A DNA stretch of 64,000 nt from a virus (taxonomy: Duplodnaviria > Caudoviricetes). The position numbers and the translations under genes are program-made. Within the stretch, counting starts at the first letter, position 1; each line of letters starts with the position of its first letter. Of this stretch, positions 39,042 through 49,619 are shown piece after piece. The stretch covers positions 64,001-128,000 of the IMG/VR virus record IMGVR_UViG_3300026549_000043. One strand, 5' to 3'. The notes below the pieces were generated by a model. It was not told where the DNA came from, did no database searches, and saw only the letters and a list, made by a program, of their open reading frames with translations.

Positions 39042-39330
39042 ACTTATATTAAAAGAAGATGACAATCAGGTTGAAGAAATCCCTGAAGAGAAGTTAGTAG
39101 AATTAAATATTACATCATTTGTTACTGATTTAATTAAAAATAAATGGGAACAGGTAGATAATATAAATGGTATTTTAGTAACTACTCCTAAGGATAATTT
39201 CGAATTAATTGATACCTTAAAAAGTATCATTGATGATGAATACGTTCACATTGGTCAATTGGAAAAGATCATCCAAGGCATCAACCCAGAGGCTGTGGCT
39301 CTGGATTCAGAGGATGTAGAAATCAAATAA
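39031..39330 (+). CDS. ferritin-like-fold candidate
   Basis: SIIDDEYVHIGQL (ExxH); MKTKLILKE leader. Confidence 0.5.
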   Translation: MKTKLILKEDDNQVEEIPEEKLVELNITSFVTDLIKNKWEQVDNINGILVTTPKDNFELIDTLKSIIDDEYVHIGQLEKIIQGINPEAVALDSEDVEIK

Positions 39331-39365
39331 TAAAAATCCTACATCCATAAAGAGAGGTATTAATT

Positions 39366-39848
39366 ATGGATTTTAAACAGATAACAATAGGAGATATTTT
39401 AATCTTTTTAGGGGTAATTGCTGCTTTCTATTCATTTTATAAAATGATAAAAGAACTAAGGAAGCCTAGAGAAGAAAAAGAAAAAAAGATCGGAAATGAT
39501 CTCAAGGAGCACAAAGAAATATTAACCAAGCATGAGGTTGTGTTAGAGGAACATACTGTAAAACTAAATAAGATAGATGACTCATTAAATACTATATCTG
39601 AAGATATTAAAGAATCATCTGAATATACTAAAGAAAGCGATGACCTAATTAAAACGGCATTGTGCGCAATGCAAAGACAATCATTATTAAATGCATGTGA
39701 AAAGTACATTAAAAATGGCTTTGCTACTTTAGAACAGAAGGAAACGGTATCTTCTCAATATGAATCATATCACAATCTAGGCGGTAATAGCTTTATGACA
39801 AAATTATATGAACAGGTAATGGAATTACCTATTAGTAAGGGTGAATAA
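39366..39848 (+). CDS. membrane-anchored coiled-coil phage protein
   Basis: N-terminal TM; YHNLGGN motif typical of proteins encoded near lysis genes. Confidence 0.65.
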   Translation: MDFKQITIGDILIFLGVIAAFYSFYKMIKELRKPREEKEKKIGNDLKEHKEILTKHEVVLEEHTVKLNKIDDSLNTISEDIKESSEYTKESDDLIKTALCAMQRQSLLNACEKYIKNGFATLEQKETVSSQYESYHNLGGNSFMTKLYEQVMELPISKGE

Positions 39849-40220
39849 ATGGCTAACTATATTGTTTGAAAAAATAATGTAATTTCAATGGTTAGGGGAG
39901 ATAACTTTTCTAATACTTTTGATTTGAATAAATATTTAGATAGTCATATCTTAGAACAATTGAGTTTAAATGGAGGAACTCTATATTTTGGATTAATGTA
40001 TCCAAATTCTCATTTTGAAGATTCTATTATTATTAAAGAGTATGTCCTAGAAGAATCTAGCGAAGATTATGAAGTAACCATCTTATTATCTCCAGATGAT
40101 ACTGAATTATTAATTCCAGGTACTTATTATTATACTCTTAAATTAGAAATTCAAGGTGGTTCAGAACCTAGTCAGGTTTATACATTAATACCTAAAACTA
40201 AATTTTTAATTATCGATTAA
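39849..40220 (+). CDS. BppU-like baseplate/fibre adaptor
   Basis: MANYIV[W]KNNVISMVRGD parallels the N-terminus of the next gene; DT..L.PGTYYY. Confidence 0.6.
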
Positions 40221-40235
40221 TTAAAGGAGGGTACA

Positions 40236-40724
40236 ATGGTAACTGTAAAAAATAATAACATAGTTATGACCAGAGGAGACTCTTTAAATTTAAAGGTTGC
40301 TATTATAAAAAGAAAGTCTGTATCAGGTGCAGGGCCATCTGATAGGCCTACTCCAATTCCTAGCGGAAAAGAAATAATAGAGCCAGGTTCTACTGATTTA
40401 GAAAATTGTGAAGTTAAATTTGCTATGAGTAGATTTTTTCCTGGCCAGGTAAAATATAAACTTTTATTAACAAAGGATATTCCAACTTCTACTTTAGGTT
40501 TAATTTTAGACCCAAAGGATACTAAGGATATTCCTCTAGGAATATATAATTATGATGTAAAGTTAAAAACTCCTAAGCCAATTTCTGAACAGGAAGACTC
40601 AGAAGATTTATGGTATATTGACACCTTTATTTCTGGCACAATCCAATTAATAGGTGAGTGCGAAGGAGAAGAAGGTGTAGTTAACGACTATATTCATGAG
40701 GATGGCGTAAATGGCAATATCTAA
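40236..40724 (+). CDS. BppU-like baseplate/fibre adaptor
   Basis: IVMTRGDS, PKDTKDIPLGIYNYDV. Confidence 0.6.
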   Translation: MVTVKNNNIVMTRGDSLNLKVAIIKRKSVSGAGPSDRPTPIPSGKEIIEPGSTDLENCEVKFAMSRFFPGQVKYKLLLTKDIPTSTLGLILDPKDTKDIPLGIYNYDVKLKTPKPISEQEDSEDLWYIDTFISGTIQLIGECEGEEGVVNDYIHEDGVNGNI

Positions 40725-43020
40725 TAGAATAAATAAATCAGAATTATCTGGATTTTTAATAAGGGATGAATTAATAACCACGGGTGACTTAGTTAGTGAT
40801 AACTTAGGTACCGGTGGGCTTTTGACTGTTGGAGATCGTGGAATTGATGGATTTTCTCCCATTATAAAAGTTACCCAGATAGAATCTAGTGAAGGTAAAC
40901 TTGGTTATATTTTAAATATTACTGACATTAATAATCCTTATGAAGGTAATAATTACGAAATTTGAAATGGTACCGGGATATCTGATGTATCATTAGATGA
41001 CGAATATCATTTAGTTATTAATTTTGATGATGGTACTCAATGGATTTCTCCTTTAAGTATTAGAGGCCCACAAGGCGAGCAGGGAATTCAAGGTGAACAA
41101 GGTATTCAAGGTGAAAAGGGTGACAAAGGAGATCCATTCACCTATGAGGATTTTACTCCTGAACAACTAGAAGGTCTAAGAGGACCGCAGGGTATCCAAG
41201 GTGAAACTGGACCTGTAGGCCCGCAAGGACCTCAGGGTATCCAAGGAGAAACTGGTCCAGTAGGACCTCAGGGCCCTAAGGGAGATACTGGTGATACAGG
41301 CCCTAAGGGAGATACTGGTGAAACTGGTCCACAAGGTCCTAAGGGAGACAAAGGTGATCCGTTCACTTATTCAGATTTTACACCTGAGCAATTAGAAGGC
41401 TTGAGAGGACCACAAGGTCCTAAGGGAGATAAAGGCGATACCGGAGAAACAGGACCGCAAGGACCGCAAGGTGAACCTTTTACTTATGATGATTTTACAC
41501 CTGAGCAATTAGAATCTCTTAGAGGTCCTCAAGGTATACAAGGTGAAAAAGGTGACCCATTTACTTATTCAGACTTTACACCAGAACAGTTAGAATCACT
41601 TAGAGGTCCTCAAGGTCCACAAGGTATACAAGGTCCACAAGGTATACAGGGTATTCAAGGTGAAACTGGCCCTACAGGTAATGGAATTCAAGATATAAAT
41701 TATTATTATGCAGTATCTGAAACTCAGGTAGCTCCACCAGCAGCTGAGATTACCAGTACAACAATACCAACTCTAAGTAATACTGATAAATATCTTTGGG
41801 CTAAGGAAGTTATTTCTTATACTAATTCAACAACTAAAACTTTAGTTCTGTTATTAGCTATTTACGGAGACCAAGGTATTCAGGGTATTCAAGGACCACA
41901 GGGCATTCAAGGTATTCAGGGCGAAACCGGTCCACAAGGACCTAAGGGCGACCCATTTACTTATGAAGATTTTACTCCACAGCAGTTAGAAGATTTAACT
42001 GGTCCTCAAGGGCCTAAGGGCGAAACCGGTCCACAGGGACCTAAAGGTGATGCCTTTACTTACGAAGACTTTACTCCACAGCAACTTGAAGATTTAACTG
42101 GTCCGCAAGGCCCAGAAGGACCACAAGGACCTGAAGGCCCACAGGGTCCTCAAGGCGAAAAGGGTGAAAGAGGCGAACCTGGAAGGTCTGGAAGCTATGA
42201 AGCTGGTAATTATATTGATATTACTGGAGAAGTTATTTCAGCTATTCCAATGTATGAAGCTGGAGATAATATTACTATTACTGCTGACTCAACTTCATCT
42301 GAAATCCCTAATATTTATAGAGAAATATCTTATATCCAAGGTGATGGCACTCAATATATAATTACAGGGGTACAATATGATCCTAATAGTAATTATGAAT
42401 TATCAACTACAATTAGAACCTCAGCTTCTCAGACAACTGCTACATCTTCTGGATGAAGTAATGGTGGAGCAGTCTGCTTTGATTTAAAAAATGGTAATTT
42501 ATTTTATTCTAATGGAGACGGCAGTACTACTAATATTGCTGCTGCTACAAAAACAAAGGTTACCATTTCAATAGATAACACAAATAATACTTCTGATTAT
42601 AACTATATACCTGAAGGGGTTAGTGTTTATTCTGATTCTAGAAGTAATTCAGGATTATTACCTACTACTAACTATCCATTATTAGCTTACACCGATTCCA
42701 ATGGAATAGCTGGTCAAATGAGTGGTTCAATTTATAGATTCACAGCTAAAAAGGACGGAGTATTAATTGGAGACTATGTACCAGTACAAAGGATCTCTGA
42801 TAATGAAGTAGGTTTATACGATATAATAAATAATGTATTTTATATTAATTCAGGTACCGGAAAGTTTACTGCCAGAGAGTTAGTAGCTCCAACATATACT
42901 ATTTCTTCAACAGATACAACTTATTCAGCTGGAAATGGTATTACTATTTCAAATCAGAATGTCATATCTATTAAAGAAGTATTATTATTAGATTGCGGTA
43001 CAAGTGTTATAAATATGTAA
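40711..43020 (+). CDS. collagen-like tail fibre (769 aa, two TGA=Trp)
   Basis: track ORFs 40711, 41401 and 42718 are one frame; Gly-X-Y runs; six FTYxDFTPxQL interruptions; C-terminal GLYD domain. Confidence 0.85.
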
Positions 43021-43033
43021 GGAGAGTGAATAA

Positions 43034-43342
43034 GTGGACACCGTAAATGTTAGAATAAAACAAAAACATGATACTAAAGCTAACTGGGCTTTGGTTGAGG
43101 GTACCTTTATTCCGATGAAAGGTGAAATCATCGTCTATGATGATTATGCAGTGGCTACTTATGAAGAAGCTGGCCAAACAAAAACAATAGACGTTCCAGG
43201 TATAAAGGTTGGAACAGGAAATGCTTATTTAGGTGATTTAGAGTTTATTACTATAACACCACAAGAAAGAGCATTTTGGAATAATAAATTAAATTTAATC
43301 GACACTATAGTTGATGAAAAATTAGTTTTTACAAGGAATTAA
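43034..43342 (+). CDS. tail-fibre N-terminal-type module
   Basis: HDTKANW...KGEII...KVGTG...DL. Confidence 0.6.
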   Translation: MDTVNVRIKQKHDTKANWALVEGTFIPMKGEIIVYDDYAVATYEEAGQTKTIDVPGIKVGTGNAYLGDLEFITITPQERAFWNNKLNLIDTIVDEKLVFTRN

Positions 43343-43357
43343 GGAAGGGATTAAGTT

Positions 43358-44290
43358 ATGCCTGATATTAGTAAAGTTCAATTACCGTCCGGTGGTATAT
43401 ATAACATAAAAGACTCAACTGCCAGAGAAATGATTTCTGCTGGTGTAAAATTTGTAGTTGCTTGGGATGGAACCGGTACTCCAGATGTAACCAAAATCCC
43501 AGCAGGTGTAGTAGTACATTATTCTGGTGGAACTGCTACAGGTTCTATGGCTGCCAACAATGCTGAACCTGGTGCTTTCTACCTAGTTAAATCGTCAACT
43601 TCTACTTCTGAAGGTCCACTGGACGTATACGATGAATACGTCCCAGTAGGAGAAGTTGGAAGTAAGACTTGGGAAAAAATTGGTGATACTCAGGTAGATT
43701 TATCCAACGTTGTTACTAACGTAGTAATGAATAAGCAAACCGATATGGTATTGGGTGAATCTACTACATTTGCTTTATCCAGTGGAAGTGTTACTTTTGG
43801 AACTCCTTCTACCGATACATTTGTTAAATCTGTAAGTGCTGAAACAAATAAAAATTTAGTGACTACAACTGTCCCAAACGTTACTGGAAATACTTCAGTA
43901 ACTATCCCAAACGTAACAAGTGCTGGCTCAGCCTCAACTTGGACATTTACTATGGGTAGTGGAGATGATTCTGAGACATTAATTATTAGTGGAGCAAATA
44001 GTGTTGCTCCTACTTTAGGTAACTCATTAACAGCTACTAATACTACTTTAGGAACAGCCATAACTGTAGCAACAGGAGCTACTTCAACAACAGGTACAGG
44101 TGATGCTGTTGTAACGGGAGTTACAATTGGTTCTAGTGCTAGTGCTGTAACGGCTTTACCAACTGCTTCAGTAGGAACTGGAATTACGGTTGGTACAAAT
44201 GATAAGGTCAATGTCCTTAAGAATAACACAGCCTTAGATGTTACTTGGGGTGGTGGGGCTGCAGTTAATGCCGGAAGTAATGAATTCTAA
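43358..44290 (+). CDS. Thr/Ser-rich fibre protein
   Basis: YDEY..WEKIGDT motif; T/S/G-rich. Confidence 0.65.
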   Translation: MPDISKVQLPSGGIYNIKDSTAREMISAGVKFVVAWDGTGTPDVTKIPAGVVVHYSGGTATGSMAANNAEPGAFYLVKSSTSTSEGPLDVYDEYVPVGEVGSKTWEKIGDTQVDLSNVVTNVVMNKQTDMVLGESTTFALSSGSVTFGTPSTDTFVKSVSAETNKNLVTTTVPNVTGNTSVTIPNVTSAGSASTWTFTMGSGDDSETLIISGANSVAPTLGNSLTATNTTLGTAITVATGATSTTGTGDAVVTGVTIGSSASAVTALPTASVGTGITVGTNDKVNVLKNNTALDVTWGGGAAVNAGSNEF

Positions 44291-44314
44291 AGATAAATTG
44301 GAGATAGTAGAAAG

Positions 44315-44806
44315 ATGCCAGAAGATACAAAATATATAGTAAACCAAAGTCAACTTACTGCTATTGGTACAGCTATTAGAGAGAAATTAAATGAGCAAAC
44401 TACTTATACTGTAGATGAAATGCCTGGGAAGATTGAAGATATTTCAGGTGGCGGAGGTGTAAGTATACCTTTTGATATCTGCAATATCACCATAGTTAAT
44501 AACACGTCATCACCAATTATGTTTATGGTTGTCCCTCAACTAAGAAATAGTGCCCTAATCGTAAAGGATACAACAATTGAACCTATTATCGTTGAAGCTA
44601 ATTCAGAATATCAAATGGTGCTTCCGTTTGTATGGGTTAGTGACCCTGACACGCCAGAAATAATGATATTTTTCCAAAACCGGATGAATTTCTCTAACGC
44701 TGTCAACTGTTCATATGTGGCGGGTGAATCTGATCAACCTGGTGCTATTACCCGAACAACAAACGGAAATGCAAGCATAACACTGAGTGTTCCAACGGAG
44801 GTATAA
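44315..44806 (+). CDS. fibre-associated protein
   Basis: LTAIGTAIREK N-terminal motif. Confidence 0.6.
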   Translation: MPEDTKYIVNQSQLTAIGTAIREKLNEQTTYTVDEMPGKIEDISGGGGVSIPFDICNITIVNNTSSPIMFMVVPQLRNSALIVKDTTIEPIIVEANSEYQMVLPFVWVSDPDTPEIMIFFQNRMNFSNAVNCSYVAGESDQPGAITRTTNGNASITLSVPTEV

Positions 44807-44869
44807 ACATGCCTTTAGAACAATTCTTACCTAAAGAGGTGAAATATACAAAGAAATGGAGGTAAATTT

Positions 44870-45256
44870 ATGCCAGATGTATCAAAAGTAAAATTGCCAA
44901 ATGGTAATACATATAATATAAAAGATACCATCAGTGGTTATACTACCAATGAAGGTACGATAACTAGTGTATCAGCAGATGGTACACTAGTATCAAATGC
45001 CGGGGCTGCAAACATTCCTGCTGCAACTACAAGTGCCCCTGGCGTGATGACTGCAGCAGACAAAACTAAATTAACTAATATTGAAGCTGGAGCCCAAAAG
45101 AATGTTCAATCAGATTGGGCTCAAACAGACAATACACAAGATGATTATATTAAGAATAAACCTACAATTGCTAATACTTTAGTTACAGCCAATGCAACTA
45201 ATAGAACCTTGTTTATTACAACAGAAATTGTAGATGGAGATGTGGTGAGTTACTAA
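44870..45256 (+). CDS. fibre module protein
   Basis: GVMTAADKTKL, NVQSDW..YIKNKP. Confidence 0.65.
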   Translation: MPDVSKVKLPNGNTYNIKDTISGYTTNEGTITSVSADGTLVSNAGAANIPAATTSAPGVMTAADKTKLTNIEAGAQKNVQSDWAQTDNTQDDYIKNKPTIANTLVTANATNRTLFITTEIVDGDVVSY

Positions 45257-47247
45257 TGCCAGATATTTTAGATGAACATATTGTTATAACAGATCCAATT
45301 AATTATTCTAATATTGCTGCGTCTATAAGAAGGAAAAATGGTGAATCAACTTTATATAAACCATCCGAGATGTCTGCAGCAATTGATGCTTTAAATGTTT
45401 CAGGAGTAATTAATTTACAAAATAAGACTGTAAATCCAACTACATCTTCTCAGCAGGTATCAGCAGATAGTGGGTATGATGGCTTAGATACTGTAACAGT
45501 TACTGCAATTCAAACAGAAGAAAAAACAACAAGCAGTAATGGTGAAGTAACTCCTACTTCAGGTAAATACTTAACCAAGGTTACAGTTAATGTACCATCT
45601 TCTGTAAATAATCAAAATAAAACAGTAACTCCTACAGAATCTAGACAAAATATAGTTGCCGATTCTGGGTATACAGGTTTAGGGTTGGTTACAGTAAATG
45701 CAATACCAGCTCAATATATAATTCCTACTGGCACATTAGAAGTAACTGAAAATGGTACTTATGATGTTACTGAATATGCAGATGTTGATGTAGATGTTTC
45801 TTCAGGTTCTACTATAAATAACCAAAATAAAACAGTTAGTCCAACGGAGTCTCAACAACAAGTTACTTATGATTCTGGCTATACCGGATTAGGCACTGTA
45901 ACAGTTAATGCAATTTCAAGTACTTATGTAGGTTCTGGTATTGATAGAAGAGATGACACTGATTTAACAGTCAGTGGTGATACTATAACTGTACCCTCTG
46001 GTTACTATGAAAATCAGGCCAGTAAATCGATAAGTTCAGGTGGTGTGTCTCCTGTAGCAAGGAAAGGTGATGTAACCAATAATAGCATCACTGTTAGTTC
46101 TTATGCAGATACCACATCAGGTTTTATTGGTACTGGTAGATATCCTGGTACTTCAGTTACAGTTAGTGCTAGCGAGTTGGTTAGTGGAACCTTATCTATA
46201 ACTAGTAATGGTACACAAAATGTTACAAACTATGCATCTGTAAATGTTCAAGTACCAACTGGCTCAACAATAAATAATCAGGATAAATCAGTTAGTCCGA
46301 CTGAAAGTGAACAAGAAGTAACCTATGATTCGGGTTATACAGGATTGGGTACTGTAACAGTAGGAGCAATTAGTTCTACATATGTTGGTAGTGGAATTAC
46401 CAGAAGAGATGATACAGATCTTACTGCTTCAGGTGCAACAGTAACTGTACCTTCAGGTTATTATGAAAGTCAAGAAACTAAATCAATTTCTTCTGGCTCA
46501 GCTACAGCTCCATCATCAATAAGTGGGACAACTGCTTCTGTATCAACAGGTACAAATACATTAACTTTAACAAAATCTGTTTCTGTAACGCCTGTAGTTT
46601 CTGCTGGTTATATAAGTTCAGGTACAGCAACAAACTCAAATGTTTCATTAACAGCTTCCATTCCAATAAATCCAACAACTACAGTTAATGGTGCGACAGT
46701 TACAATCCCTACAGGTTATTATACGAAACAAACTACCAAAAGTGTTTCTTCTGGTAGTGCAACTGGTCCAACTAGTATATCAAGTTCTAGTGCAACGGTT
46801 ACAACAGGAACTAATACTTTAACTTTAACTAAAACAGGAGTTTCTACAACTCCAACTGTTAGTGCTGGCTATATATCTAGTGCAACATCAAGTACAGCAA
46901 CCGTTGCGTTAACAGCAAATGTTACAACAAAGTCTGCACAAACTTATACTCCAGGGACAACAAATCAAACAATTGCTTCAGGAACATATTTAACTGGAAC
47001 ACAAACTATAGCAGGTGATGCTGATTTGGTAGCCAGTAATATTAAAGCTGGGGTTAGTATTTTTAATGTAACAGGTACATTTACAAGTGATGCTACAGCT
47101 ACTGCTGCAGATATTCTTAACGGTGAAACAGCTTATGTAAATGGTAGAGAAGTTGAAGGAACTTTGATTGTAAATAAGTATTATACTGGTTCAAGTACAC
47201 CATCAAGCTCTTTGGGTAATGATGGAGATATATATTTACAAAGCTAG
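45256..47247 (+). CDS. repeat-rich tail fibre/adhesin
   Basis: four NQNKTV.PT...DSGY.GL..VTV repeats; TVPSGYY; NIKAGVSIFNV. Confidence 0.75.
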   Translation: MPDILDEHIVITDPINYSNIAASIRRKNGESTLYKPSEMSAAIDALNVSGVINLQNKTVNPTTSSQQVSADSGYDGLDTVTVTAIQTEEKTTSSNGEVTPTSGKYLTKVTVNVPSSVNNQNKTVTPTESRQNIVADSGYTGLGLVTVNAIPAQYIIPTGTLEVTENGTYDVTEYADVDVDVSSGSTINNQNKTVSPTESQQQVTYDSGYTGLGTVTVNAISSTYVGSGIDRRDDTDLTVSGDTITVPSGYYENQASKSISSGGVSPVARKGDVTNNSITVSSYADTTSGFIGTGRYPGTSVTVSASELVSGTLSITSNGTQNVTNYASVNVQVPTGSTINNQDKSVSPTESEQEVTYDSGYTGLGTVTVGAISSTYVGSGITRRDDTDLTASGATVTVPSGYYESQETKSISSGSATAPSSISGTTASVSTGTNTLTLTKSVSVTPVVSAGYISSGTATNSNVSLTASIPINPTTTVNGATVTIPTGYYTKQTTKSVSSGSATGPTSISSSSATVTTGTNTLTLTKTGVSTTPTVSAGYISSATSSTATVALTANVTTKSAQTYTPGTTNQTIASGTYLTGTQTIAGDADLVASNIKAGVSIFNVTGTFTSDATATAADILNGETAYVNGREVEGTLIVNKYYTGSSTPSSSLGNDGDIYLQS

Positions 47248-47259
47248 AGGTAATAAATA

Positions 47260-49605
47260 ATGCCAACAATAAGATTAACTCCTAGTACATATTATTCTAC
47301 AAGTACAACTTACTTACAAGTAACAAATGCAAGTAATATGTATGATGATACTGATAGTACTAATTATGCTCAAATTTATAACTCTAGAACTTCAACAACT
47401 TCTTATTATATTTATTTAAGAGGATTTAACTTTAGTGATGTTCCTGCTAATGCTAATGTAAGTTCCTTTACTATTAAATTAAAAGGTAACTACAGTGGTG
47501 GTTACTCTCAAAATATGTACCTATATAATGGTACATCTACTTCTGTAGGTAGTGCTGATTCTTTAAGTACTACGGTTACTACTTATACCTTTACTTGTAG
47601 CGCCTCTTGGGAAGACTTAGTAAGTTATGGTTCTAACTTTGGTATTAGAATTAACTGTAGAAGAGGTTCAAGAAATACTGCAGCATATTACTATATTTAT
47701 GGTGCAGAGATTGAAGTAAACTATACTATGCCAGATCCAAGAACTGTTACATCAGTATTGGTTTCTGGTGATGGTACAATTTCTCCTTCAGGAACAACAA
47801 ATACTTATAAAGATGAAGAGTTTACTTTAACCATTACTCCAACAAATAAAAGTGATGAAGTTTTAGTTACTCAAGATGGAGTAGATGTTTCTGGTGACTT
47901 GGTTGCTCATGGTACAAGAAATACTGTAACTTTAACAGCAAATAATGTTACAACCAGCGGTATACAGAGTGGTAGTAGCTATGCTCAATATGCAGTTGGT
48001 CATACAGCAGAGGACCCATACTCTAGTTCAAATAATATGTATGCATCACAAAGTTCAACTGGTTATGCTGCATATTCATTTGATTTTAGTGATATTCCTA
48101 GTAATGCCACCATAGAAAATGTTGAAGTTAGGGCATATGGTCATAGAGAAAGTAGTACTATAAGTTCTACTTATGTTTCACAATGTGTTCTTTATCAAGG
48201 AAGTACAGCTATAAGTGAAGAAGTAGATTTTCCATCAACAAGTAATAGTATGATTACTCTTACTCCAACTAATATGCCAACAAGAAGTGATTTAAGTAAT
48301 ATTACTTTAAGGCATTATGTTGGATATTATGGTGGCTTGGTATTAGGTATTTCTTTTGAAGTAACTTACTCAACAGGTACAGGTGTAGATCATTATACAT
48401 ATACCTTTACTGTTGTAAATAATACAGTTTTAGAAGTTACCATTGGGGCCGAAACTCCATATATCCCACCAGAGGAAGATCCAACTAAAACTTATTACTC
48501 TTTGACTATTTCTAGTATTAATGCTTCTACTTCTCCTGCTAATGGAACTGAAAGAATTGAAGCAGGAACAACTCAAACAATAACCATTTCACCTACAGAA
48601 CCAAAGTTAACTTTGGCATTGGATAATGGGGTAGATATATCAAGCCAATTAGGCGGTGGACCGGGTGCAAGTTATACTGTTACTGAAAAGGTATCAGGAG
48701 CTGCTTATGGTTTTGAATTAAATGAATCAACCGGTTATTATGTATCTACAAATACAGGTGTTAATAAGTCGGCTTCTGTAGCAAGATTAAATCTAACTGT
48801 TACTACAGAATGTTTAGTAACCATTGAATATATAAATTATGCAGAAGCTAATTATGACTATGGTTTGTTTGGCAAGTTAGATACGACTGTGGCAACAGAT
48901 GGACTCACTGCAAGCAGTAGTAGTAGTTCACCTAGTGACAGTACAAGTAATTATCAATTAGCTATGTGTTCTAACAGTGCATCTCCACAAACCATCACTT
49001 ATACTGTACCAGCAGGTAATCATTATATTGATATTAAATATGGTAAAGATGATAGTGGTGCTAGTGGAAATGATAATTTACAATGGAAAGTTTTAAGTAT
49101 TGAACCTACTTCAGGTAGTAGTGATTATACTTATACTTTAACTAATATTGGTCAAAAACACAGTTTAATATTTGTTTTTGGTGATGTACAATATTATTTC
49201 ATTACTTCTTCAGGATCTGGGTGTAGATTATTCCCAGATGGTCAACAGGTATTTTTACCTGGAGATAATTATAAATTAAATATTGTTCCAAATGATATTT
49301 CTTCTGTTGTAACTGCAACAGATAATGGTACTAGTGTTACTAGTAGCTTAGAAAAATTAGAGGGTGAAGATAAACAAGGTAATCCTGTAGTAAGTTATAC
49401 TTACAGATTATCTAATATTAGTGCAGCACATACTATTGTAATTCAAGCTGGCACAAGTTCTATTAATATTTATATAAAAACTAATGGTTCTTGGGTGGCT
49501 TATTCAAAAGTATATAAAAAAATTAGTGGTCAATGGGTGGAACAACCATCTACTGATTGGGACACAGTATTTAGTACAACTGCTAATTATGTGAAAGAAA
49601 ATTAA
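47260..49605 (+). CDS. large beta-rich virion/adhesin protein
   Basis: repeated F.FSD.P.NA modules; S/T/Y-rich. Confidence 0.7.
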   Translation: MPTIRLTPSTYYSTSTTYLQVTNASNMYDDTDSTNYAQIYNSRTSTTSYYIYLRGFNFSDVPANANVSSFTIKLKGNYSGGYSQNMYLYNGTSTSVGSADSLSTTVTTYTFTCSASWEDLVSYGSNFGIRINCRRGSRNTAAYYYIYGAEIEVNYTMPDPRTVTSVLVSGDGTISPSGTTNTYKDEEFTLTITPTNKSDEVLVTQDGVDVSGDLVAHGTRNTVTLTANNVTTSGIQSGSSYAQYAVGHTAEDPYSSSNNMYASQSSTGYAAYSFDFSDIPSNATIENVEVRAYGHRESSTISSTYVSQCVLYQGSTAISEEVDFPSTSNSMITLTPTNMPTRSDLSNITLRHYVGYYGGLVLGISFEVTYSTGTGVDHYTYTFTVVNNTVLEVTIGAETPYIPPEEDPTKTYYSLTISSINASTSPANGTERIEAGTTQTITISPTEPKLTLALDNGVDISSQLGGGPGASYTVTEKVSGAAYGFELNESTGYYVSTNTGVNKSASVARLNLTVTTECLVTIEYINYAEANYDYGLFGKLDTTVATDGLTASSSSSSPSDSTSNYQLAMCSNSASPQTITYTVPAGNHYIDIKYGKDDSGASGNDNLQWKVLSIEPTSGSSDYTYTLTNIGQKHSLIFVFGDVQYYFITSSGSGCRLFPDGQQVFLPGDNYKLNIVPNDISSVVTATDNGTSVTSSLEKLEGEDKQGNPVVSYTYRLSNISAAHTIVIQAGTSSINIYIKTNGSWVAYSKVYKKISGQWVEQPSTDWDTVFSTTANYVKEN

Positions 49606-49619
49606 TAAAGGAGAATACA

